Below, one piece after another: positions 7,875 to 15,501 of a DNA stretch of 64,000 nucleotides. Source of the stretch: Bacillales bacterium UBA7581. Its GTDB lineage: Bacteria > Bacillota_I > Bacilli_A > RFN20 > CAG-826. The translations under genes were made by a program, and so were the position numbers. Where the stretch lies: positions 42,659 through 106,658 of the forward strand of contig DLKT01000008.1 of NCBI GenBank assembly GCA_002477825.1. The letters are read 5' to 3'. The notes under the pieces are model-generated. The model had not been told where the DNA came from and searched no databases. It was given only the letters and a program-made list of their open reading frames with translations. How positions within the stretch are numbered: position 1 is the stretch's first letter; the number at the start of each line of letters is the position of its first letter.

Positions 7875-10562
7875 ATGTACGAAACAAGAAGCGTAAAAGA
7901 AGTATGTGAAATATTAAAAGTTGATATGACGTTAGGTTTAAAAGAAGAGGACTGGCAAAGAAGACAAAAGAAAGATGGGAAAAATCAATTACAGAAGGAA
8001 AAGAAAAAGAACCCTTTCCGCATTTTCATACGTCAATTTCAGGATCCTATGATTTGCATTCTTTTTATTGCGTCGCTTCTTTCTTTTTTCTTAAAAGAAT
8101 ATGCGGATGCATTGATTATTTTGTTTGTTATTGGTGTGAACGCTATTGTGGGAACAATCCAAGAATTTAAAGCGGAAAAGTCATTAGAAGCTTTAAAAAA
8201 GATGTCTGCGCCATCGTGCTTAGTGAAAAGAAATGGCGTAATTCAAGAAATAAAAGCAGAAGATTTATCTGTAGGAGATATTGTTATTTTAGATGAAGGA
8301 AGAATTGTTCCGGCGGATTTAAGAATCATCGAATCGAATAATTTAAAAATTGATGAATCGAGTTTAACGGGAGAATCTTTGCCAGTATCTAAACATATAG
8401 AACCATTAAAGGATAAAACCCCGTTAGCGGATCAAAAGAATATGGCGTTTATGTCGACCTCGGTTGTTTATGGTAGAGGCATCGGTATTGTAACCGCTAC
8501 TGGCATGAAAACAGAGATTGGAAAAATTGCCAGTATATTAAACGAAACAAAGACAGAACTGACTCCTTTACAAAAAAGATTAGCGGATTTAGGAAAAATA
8601 TTAGGAATTTTAACGGTACTACTTTGTGTATCTTTATTTGTGGTTTCTATTATTCAAAAAAGAAATCTGTTTGAAATGTTAATCACATCGATTTCTTTAG
8701 CGGTAGCGGCCATTCCTGAAGGATTACCGGCTGCGGTAACAATTGTTTTAGCTTTGGGCGTTCAACGAATGGTAAAAGCGAATACGATTGTAAGAAGGCT
8801 TCCTTCTGTTGAAACATTAGGTGCGGTTTCTACTGTTTGCTCCGATAAAACAGGAACATTAACGCAAAACAAAATGACGGTACAAAAAGTGTTTTATAAT
8901 TTAGAGACCAAAGAAGCAAATCAAGTACGATTAGACGATATTCAGTTGTTAGTGCAAGGTATGGTTTTATGTAACAACGCTAATATAGATAATAATATCA
9001 TTGGTGATCCTACCGAGGTCGCGCTTTTAGAGATGGGGAAATATTTTGGAATCGATAAAAAGAGAATAGAAACAGATTATCCAAGATTAAATGAAATTCC
9101 TTTTGATTCTACTAGAAAAATGATGACAACTTTTCATGTCCATAAAAAAGAAAAAATATTATTCACGAAAGGGGCATTAGATATGCTCATTCAAAAAGTA
9201 ACAAAGATTTATAAAAATGGACAAGTCGTACCGATTACAAAAGAAGATATTGAAGTGATTCAAAAAGCCAATCATGAAATGGCAAAAGATGCCCTTCGTG
9301 TTTTAGCGGTAGCGTATCAGAAATCTAACGAAATGAAAGAGAAAGACTTAATTTTCTTAGGATTTGTTGGAATGATGGATTTACCTAGAGAAGAAGCAAA
9401 AATTGCAGTAGAAAACTTTAAACAAGCAGGAATTAAAACAATCATGATTACGGGAGATCATCCGGATACAGCATTCGCAATTGGAAAAAAACTAGGGATT
9501 ATAGAAAATGAAAAAGATTGTGTTACGGGGAAAGAATTAGATTCGTATAATGACGAACAACTCAAAGATGTATTAAAACACGCGAAGGTGTTTGCGCGCG
9601 TTACACCCGCACATAAAGTTCGTATTGTACAAGCGATTAAATCACAAGATCAAATTGTCGCTATGACAGGTGATGGAGTTAATGATGCACCAAGTTTAAA
9701 AGCAGCGGATATCGGTATAGCGATGGGCATAACAGGAACCGATGTTGCTAAAGGGGCATCCGATATGATTTTAGTGGATGATAATTTTGCTTCTATTGAA
9801 AAAGCAGTCGAAGAGGGTAGAGGAATATATGCAAATATAAAAAAGGTCGTTTTGTTCTTATTATCTTCTAATTTTGGAGAAGTTTTTACGATGTTTTTAG
9901 CCATTTTATTTCGTTTACCTGTTCCTTTAATTGCGATTCATATATTGTGGGTAAACTTAATCACGGACACGCTTCCCGCTTTAGCCTTAGGCGCAGATCC
10001 TAAAGATGAAGATATTATGAAAGAAAAGCCAAGAGATGCAAAAGAATCGCTTTTTGCAAAAGGCGGATTAAAATTAACACTATTCTATGGTATTTTTATT
10101 ACCCTTTTAACTCTATTAGCGTTTTTAGCATATCCAACTAGCATTATGATTCAACAAGGAAAATATTCACTATTTAATTTTAAGGATAACTATTTTGCTA
10201 TCCGTGATTTATTCCAAAACGGAAACACATACTTAGGACTTTCAGGCGAAGATATCGTTATGCGTTCAAGAACCTATGCGTTTACCGCATTAGGTATGTC
10301 TCAACTATTTCACATGCTAGGAATGAGCAACATAAAAAAATCAGTTCTTCATATTTTAAAAAGAAAGAACTGGTTAATGTTTATTTCATTTGCGCTTGGT
10401 ATTGCTTTACAGGTTTTAGTAACAGAAATTCCCTTTTTCAATCACTTTTTTCAAACTTCGGAATTAAGCTTTTTAGAGTGGATATGGTTATTGTTAATCA
10501 GTGCACTTCCACTATTTGTTCATGAAATTATGGTTCCTTTATGGAAGAAAAAGATGAATTAA
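7875..10562 (+). CDS. Ca2+-transporting P-type ATPase (type IIA-like)
   Basis: Motifs CSDKTGTLTQN, TGES, AIPEGLPA and TGDGVNDAPSLK. Confidence 0.85.
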   Translation: MYETRSVKEVCEILKVDMTLGLKEEDWQRRQKKDGKNQLQKEKKKNPFRIFIRQFQDPMICILFIASLLSFFLKEYADALIILFVIGVNAIVGTIQEFKAEKSLEALKKMSAPSCLVKRNGVIQEIKAEDLSVGDIVILDEGRIVPADLRIIESNNLKIDESSLTGESLPVSKHIEPLKDKTPLADQKNMAFMSTSVVYGRGIGIVTATGMKTEIGKIASILNETKTELTPLQKRLADLGKILGILTVLLCVSLFVVSIIQKRNLFEMLITSISLAVAAIPEGLPAAVTIVLALGVQRMVKANTIVRRLPSVETLGAVSTVCSDKTGTLTQNKMTVQKVFYNLETKEANQVRLDDIQLLVQGMVLCNNANIDNNIIGDPTEVALLEMGKYFGIDKKRIETDYPRLNEIPFDSTRKMMTTFHVHKKEKILFTKGALDMLIQKVTKIYKNGQVVPITKEDIEVIQKANHEMAKDALRVLAVAYQKSNEMKEKDLIFLGFVGMMDLPREEAKIAVENFKQAGIKTIMITGDHPDTAFAIGKKLGIIENEKDCVTGKELDSYNDEQLKDVLKHAKVFARVTPAHKVRIVQAIKSQDQIVAMTGDGVNDAPSLKAADIGIAMGITGTDVAKGASDMILVDDNFASIEKAVEEGRGIYANIKKVVLFLLSSNFGEVFTMFLAILFRLPVPLIAIHILWVNLITDTLPALALGADPKDEDIMKEKPRDAKESLFAKGGLKLTLFYGIFITLLTLLAFLAYPTSIMIQQGKYSLFNFKDNYFAIRDLFQNGNTYLGLSGEDIVMRSRTYAFTALGMSQLFHMLGMSNIKKSVLHILKRKNWLMFISFALGIALQVLVTEIPFFNHFFQTSELSFLEWIWLLLISALPLFVHEIMVPLWKKKMN

Positions 10563-10843
10563 GGGCGAAAATTTCTCATAATATCATCCATCCGTGATTG
10601 TGAACCTAAAACTTTATTCGTAATATCAGATAAATAAGTCCGTTGGGCATTCATAGATAGTAAGACTTGGCCAAAAAGAATGAAAGTATTGCCAATTGTG
10701 CTTTGTTGATCCGTGGTTAAAGGAATGGAAATAGTATAGGCAAGAGAAAAAGTTAGCAAAGTTAGTTCTTCAGCAGAAAGGCTCAATAAACAATTTGCTA
10801 GTTTTTGAAAATCATTTTGTGCATCTTTGATTCTTGGATCCAT
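10559..10843 (-). CDS. Small hypothetical protein (94 aa)
   Basis: Own SD (AAGAGGAAG) and an upstream TGtTATAAc element. The 3' end overlaps the convergent ATPase stop by 4 nt. Confidence 0.5.
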   Translation of the reverse strand: MDPRIKDAQNDFQKLANCLLSLSAEELTLLTFSLAYTISIPLTTDQQSTIGNTFILFGQVLLSMNAQRTYLSDITNKVLGSQSRMDDIMRNFRP

Positions 10844-10904
10844 TTCTAATCTTCCTCTTAAAAATATATGTTATAACACGTAAAAAAATAAGAAAGGAAA
10901 GCAA

Positions 10905-10940
10905 TAAAAAAGCAAGTGCTTATGAGGTCACTTGCTTTTT
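10905..10940. terminator. Bidirectional rho-independent terminator
   Basis: GCAAGTG/CACTTGC stem flanked by an A-run and a T-run. It lies downstream of mscL. Confidence 0.75.
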
Positions 10941-10946
10941 AAGTTT

Positions 10947-11474
10947 TTACTTATCTAATTTTTTGTCTTTGTTTTCTACTAATAAATCGCGAATTTCAGT
11001 AAGTAAGACGATTTGTGGATCAGGTTCAGGCTCTGGTTCTGGTTCAGGCTCTGGTGTAACTTCTGGTTCTTCATCTTTTTCTTTTGCTTTCTTTACTGCC
11101 TCTTCCATTTTGGTATGGATAGAATTAATGGCTTTTACAATGCAGAATAAGACGAAAGCAATTAATAAGAAGTTAATAATTGCGTTAATGAATTCGCCCC
11201 AATCGATATAGATTGAGTTGGCTAAATCAATTTCGGTGGTTCCTTCAACGTAAGTCTTCTTTAAATAGGTGTAGATACCTGATAAAGAATCAGAGCCAAA
11301 GATTAACGCTAAAACCCAGTTAATGATTGGTTTTAAAATGTGATTGCTTAATGAGTTCACAATGCTTGTAAAAGCGCCACCAACGATGACACCAACAGCC
11401 ATGTCTAAGACATTGCCGCGAGTAATAAAATCTTTAAACTCGCTAAAAAATTTGGATTTTTTTCTTTTTTTCAT
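10947..11474 (-). CDS. mscL: Large-conductance mechanosensitive channel with a Pro-Glu repeat C-terminal extension
   Basis: N-terminus RGNVLDMAVGVIVGGAF, two TM segments, tail PEPEPEPEPEPDP. Confidence 0.9.
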   Translation of the reverse strand: MKKRKKSKFFSEFKDFITRGNVLDMAVGVIVGGAFTSIVNSLSNHILKPIINWVLALIFGSDSLSGIYTYLKKTYVEGTTEIDLANSIYIDWGEFINAIINFLLIAFVLFCIVKAINSIHTKMEEAVKKAKEKDEEPEVTPEPEPEPEPEPDPQIVLLTEIRDLLVENKDKKLDK

Positions 11475-11532
11475 AATTTTTACCTCTTTTTTATTTTACA
11501 ATAAGTAATAACAAAAATACAAGATAGGCAAT

Positions 11533-11564
11533 AAAAAAAGGAAGCATATTTCATCTTCCTTTTT
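11533..11564. terminator. Bidirectional rho-independent terminator
   Basis: AGGAAG/CTTCCT stem flanked by A7 and T4. Confidence 0.65.
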
Positions 11565-11575
11565 CGTTTTGTAAA

Positions 11576-12901
11576 CTAGAAGCCAAAGTCAAATAAAGCG
11601 ATGACTAAGCAATGTCCAATACGAGGATATTCACCATCTGTAAATTGTAAGAAAGTATTGCCATCAGAACTTTGTGCATTATAGTAAGAATATTCTTGAC
11701 CTGATTGTGTTTTTTCTGTTCGTTTTTCAACAGTAAAGCCATTAGTTTCAAGAATGGTCTTATAGATGTCACATGCGTTTTCGCTTACACCACTGATAAG
11801 AATTGTGTGAAGTTTATATTCACCAATAGTTGGTTCAGATTCAGTAGTGGTTTGATAATAATATTCGAAGGTTTTTCCTTCTTCAACATAATTTGGTAAA
11901 GCACTTGCAAAGGATGGTAATCCTTCGGTTTTTACGAATGGTTCACTTGCTAAGTAAGCAAAGATAACAATGCCTTGATAACCAGTTTGCGTGGAATAAG
12001 CAAATTGAATGAGAACACCTGATATGTAGTCATATGCGCCATATAAATATTCTTCATTCGTATCTTCATCCGTGTCAGTAAGCATTTGATAGCCAGCATC
12101 TTCAAGGGCTTTAATATAGTTGTTATAATCATTTTCTGTAGCGCCCATACAATTGATAACGTAAATATCTAATAAGATGTCGTTTCCTTTATTATCAGTT
12201 CCAGGGAATACGTTCCATCCACCAAAGTACGAGATATTAGCTTCATTTTCATAAGTTGGATGTAAAATATCAGTGCCTAAAAGCTCTTCAAGTCCTTCGG
12301 TTGGCCATGCTGGTAAATTAGTACCAGTGTATCCATTTGCAGAAACATATTGTTGAACACCAACACTAATATAAATACCATAGCGAGCAGTGTATTCATC
12401 AATTTGTCCCAAAATGCATCTACCAAATTGAACAAATTGATATTTGTTACCACGAATCGCTTTAGAAGCCATATAGGTACCATTTTTAGAATAGCTAGAC
12501 ATATCAATGGTAAAACCTAAATCAGAATAGTGAGTTCTATAATCATTCAAGAAAGAGCTAAGCTTTGAACTTTCGATGGTTTCTTCTTCAGAATCAAAAG
12601 CGATAATCGTTGTAGCCGAAATTTCATAGTTGCTGTTTTCACGATAATCTAAATGGTCGAACTCTGCGTAATAATATTTGGTATTAACAAAAGGAAGGGC
12701 AATGGTATTGTTTTCATCACCAATGGCTTCATAAGCTTGATCTAATAATGCTTTAATGGAGTCAACCCAATCAGTGCCATTTCCTTCAATGCGTACTAAA
12801 TCTGAAGAGCCAGAGCTACTAGATGGATCATCAGTTTTTCCACAACCAGTTAACGCAAGTCCAAGAGCTAAAAATGCGGTAAATAAAGTTTTTTTGTTCA
12901 T
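11576..12901 (-). CDS. Lipoprotein with three internal repeats of a ~80-aa module
   Basis: Lipobox LALTGC. The repeated pattern is Y..L...GF ... QF ... I. Confidence 0.75.
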   Translation of the reverse strand: MNKKTLFTAFLALGLALTGCGKTDDPSSSSGSSDLVRIEGNGTDWVDSIKALLDQAYEAIGDENNTIALPFVNTKYYYAEFDHLDYRENSNYEISATTIIAFDSEEETIESSKLSSFLNDYRTHYSDLGFTIDMSSYSKNGTYMASKAIRGNKYQFVQFGRCILGQIDEYTARYGIYISVGVQQYVSANGYTGTNLPAWPTEGLEELLGTDILHPTYENEANISYFGGWNVFPGTDNKGNDILLDIYVINCMGATENDYNNYIKALEDAGYQMLTDTDEDTNEEYLYGAYDYISGVLIQFAYSTQTGYQGIVIFAYLASEPFVKTEGLPSFASALPNYVEEGKTFEYYYQTTTESEPTIGEYKLHTILISGVSENACDIYKTILETNGFTVEKRTEKTQSGQEYSYYNAQSSDGNTFLQFTDGEYPRIGHCLVIALFDFGF

Positions 12902-12930
12902 AATTTTTTCCTCCTTTTTTATTTGCGCTT

Positions 12931-12955
12931 TCTATATTTATATTGTAAATATAGA
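12931..12955. promoter_or_regulatory. Perfect 10-bp inverted repeat in the lipoprotein gene leader (possible operator)
   Basis: TCTATATTTA-tattg-TAAATATAGA, 30-55 nt upstream of the start codon at 12901. Confidence 0.35.
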
Positions 12956-13039
12956 GATAGTAGTATTATATCTTCATAAAACTTAAAATGCAATGAAAAA
13001 AAAGCAAAAAAGCGCTTACATGAATTTTTATCTTTTTTC

Positions 13040-13173
13040 CCCCAATTGACAAACTAAATGCAGTTTGAAAGTCGAGACAGGCATTTAGTACGACAAACCT
13101 CCAATGTAGTAAGATTAATGTGTTCCCCACACGGAACAAAAATCTCCCCCAAAGGAGGTAATTTAATTATATG
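13040..13173. repeat. Conserved ~134-bp non-coding element, copy 2
   Basis: Near-identical to the reverse complement of 201-334. Hairpins at 13054-13061/13081-13088 and 13122-13126/13133-13137. ACCTCC (13097-13102) is complementary to GGAGGT (13154-13159). Confidence 0.9.
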
Positions 13174-13329
13174 GCGTTTTATCTTTTTTTGCATGTAAAA
13201 ATGGTATGTTTTTATCAATAATTTAAGAAAAATTTTGACACATGACGAAAAATGACAAGATTTCTTCTGTTGAAATGATTTACTTATTTTACAAAGTAAA
13301 GTATAATTTTATCCCAGGGTGGTGGAAAA

Positions 13330-14196
13330 ATGAACAAAATAAAGATTATTATCGATAGTACTTCCGATTTAAGACCTGAAGAAATTCAAAAATATGACTT
13401 AGCAATAGCGCCATTATACGTTAGCTTTCCCGATAAAACGTTTATTGATGGTGTTGATTTGAATACCGCTAAACTTTATTCTTTAGTAGACCAATGTGGT
13501 GTTTTACCAAAGACGGCCGCTAGAAATCCAGAATTCTTTGAGGAGATGTTTGATCAATATATCAAAGAAGGTTATGACATTCTTTGTATTTTAATTTCTA
13601 GTGAATTCTCTTCGATGTATCAAGCAGCTAAAATTGCATCGCAAGATTTTGATGAAAATCGTATTCGTGTTGTTGATTCACGAAACTTATCCTCAGGTAT
13701 TGGTCTTTCCGTTTTAAAAGCATGCAAATTAAGAGAAGAAGGTAAAGGTCTTCACGAAATTGCTGACTATTTAGAGAAAGTTATTATTCCTAATGTAAAA
13801 GCACAATTTGTGGTAGAAAATTTAACATATCTTCATAAAGGAGGTAGATGCTCATCAACATCTTATTACTTTGGTAAGATTTTAAACATCCATCCTGAAA
13901 TCGTTGTTCGTGATGGTAAAATGAGTGTGTATCGTAAACCAAGAGGAAAAATGATTAAAGCATACAATGAATTATTAGATATGATTCGTGAAGATTTGCC
14001 AAATGTGGATTTAGATCATATCATGATTACCCATTCTATTTCTCCAATTGGTGAACAATATTTGTATGAAGAACTCTCTAAAATGGTACCAAAGGAAAGC
14101 ATTATGGTAACAGAAGCAGGCTGTGTTATCTCTTCACATTGTGGTAGAGGAACAATCGGTATTCTTTATATTTTGAAAGACAAAGATGAAAAATAA
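13330..14196 (+). CDS. DegV-family fatty-acid-binding protein
   Basis: IIDSTSDL N-terminus and DegV-like length and pattern. Confidence 0.85.
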   Translation: MNKIKIIIDSTSDLRPEEIQKYDLAIAPLYVSFPDKTFIDGVDLNTAKLYSLVDQCGVLPKTAARNPEFFEEMFDQYIKEGYDILCILISSEFSSMYQAAKIASQDFDENRIRVVDSRNLSSGIGLSVLKACKLREEGKGLHEIADYLEKVIIPNVKAQFVVENLTYLHKGGRCSSTSYYFGKILNIHPEIVVRDGKMSVYRKPRGKMIKAYNELLDMIREDLPNVDLDHIMITHSISPIGEQYLYEELSKMVPKESIMVTEAGCVISSHCGRGTIGILYILKDKDEK

Positions 14197-14220
14197 GCTC
14201 ATTACGAGCTTATTTTTTTT
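14194..14220 (+). terminator. Rho-independent terminator of degV
   Basis: TAAGCTC-attac-GAGCTTA followed by T8. It overlaps the 3' end of the convergent gene. Confidence 0.8.
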
Positions 14221-15382
14221 GACAATAAACATCTACCGCTGATAGAATCTTTTGCTGCGGAGAGAATAACGTGGAAAATGTTATGTTTTTCATTTGTAAA
14301 ATAGAAGAGAATATGTAATTTTCGCTAAGGTCATCCAAGTCAATATAACGAATTCCATATCCTAAAGTGATTTGGTTGCGCATAGGGATATAAACCGTTG
14401 AGTTGTTGATTTTAAAAGATTGAATAGCGGAACTTCTTTCACGATGATTGACAATGAGAATGGAATCACCATAGGATTCGCATTGTTGCGGCTTTAAAGA
14501 TAGAAATTGTTTACAAACATATTCGCTATCTAATGCTTCCGCTAAAGTGGTTTCACTTAAAAATTGAGAATTGTTAATCCATATATCGCCACTAGAGAAG
14601 ACCGATTCTCCATAGAAAATAGATTGATCAATTCGATATTGTCCGTTCGCGCATAAATAAAGAGGATAGGGACTACGAACTGTACAATTGTTGATTTTAA
14701 CCGTGGATCTTTTTGTTGAATTTGGATTTTCAGTAATTCCGTAACAAGAAGATTCAATCGTACACTGATCAATTTCAACATTCGGTTGATCAAAAATGGC
14801 AATACCAGCAGCACTATCTTGTTTACATGTAATGTGCGCATTTTGGATTTTAATTTTTCCATTACCATGTAAACTAATACCATAAGAATCACTATTGATT
14901 TGATTTTGATGGAAATCCAAAAGGAGATAATTTTTGGCTTCAATCGATAAAGTTTCGGTTATATTTTGCATAATGTCGAGTTTTGCATAATCGACATTTT
15001 TTTCTTTTATCCACGTGATTGCAGCGTGTAAATGTGAGGACTGATATATTTTTTGTGAAAAAAGCGTTAAACTTCTAGGAAAATCATTATACGAAACAAT
15101 TTGGTTGGTATCTTGTTTCCACCCAAATATAGGATAAGTGGAATAAGAGAAGGGATAATGTTCTTTTTCTAGCCATTCATTGACTTCATAAATATCTTTC
15201 GGATAATAACCTAGATTTGCATGATTTTTTAAAACAAAATTCATCTTTTGTAAAAGGAATTTTTGATAAGGAACACTTTCATTATTTTGACTTTTATTTT
15301 GATTATAGATGGCTCCTGACCCTAAAAATACAATCAATAAGAAAGTGATGAGTCCTTTTTTGTAATCAAAGTTATTTTTCAT
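14210..15382 (-). CDS. Membrane-anchored protein with a predicted right-handed beta-helix region
   Basis: N-terminal TM segment. Repetitive I/V-x-N/D-C-T-I type turns (NAHITCKQD, VEIDQCTIESS, VKINNCTVRS). ATG at 15382 has a better SD than 15400. Confidence 0.55.
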   Translation of the reverse strand: MKNNFDYKKGLITFLLIVFLGSGAIYNQNKSQNNESVPYQKFLLQKMNFVLKNHANLGYYPKDIYEVNEWLEKEHYPFSYSTYPIFGWKQDTNQIVSYNDFPRSLTLFSQKIYQSSHLHAAITWIKEKNVDYAKLDIMQNITETLSIEAKNYLLLDFHQNQINSDSYGISLHGNGKIKIQNAHITCKQDSAAGIAIFDQPNVEIDQCTIESSCYGITENPNSTKRSTVKINNCTVRSPYPLYLCANGQYRIDQSIFYGESVFSSGDIWINNSQFLSETTLAEALDSEYVCKQFLSLKPQQCESYGDSILIVNHRERSSAIQSFKINNSTVYIPMRNQITLGYGIRYIDLDDLSENYIFSSILQMKNITFSTLFSPQQKILSAVDVYCQKK

Positions 15383-15444
15383 TCGTAGCACCTCTTTCAT
15401 AACTAGTATGCGGATAAGGCGATAATGAAAAACTGGAAGAAAAT

Positions 15445-15480
15445 AGAAAAAAGCACTCCTTCTATAGAAAAGAGTGCTTA
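15445..15480 (-). terminator. Rho-independent terminator of the tetR-ABC operon
   Basis: AAGCACTC/GAGTGCTT stem with a T-run on the minus strand. Confidence 0.75.
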
Positions 15481-15501
15481 AAATGAATGATAAGTGAACT
15501 A

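Noticed and set aside
10834-11211. 125-aa ORF with a (GS)n repeat
   Set aside because: It is antisense to the well-supported mscL gene. The GS repeat is just the complement of the Pro-Glu repeat, so this is a shadow ORF.
13171-13221. Short ORFs starting at the conserved SD-ATG of the 134-nt element (16 codons here; 27 codons on the minus strand at 200-117 for copy 1), considered as type I toxins or leader peptides
   Set aside because: The two peptides share no similarity beyond the start codon, so there is no evidence for a conserved small protein. A leader-peptide role cannot be excluded but is unsupported.
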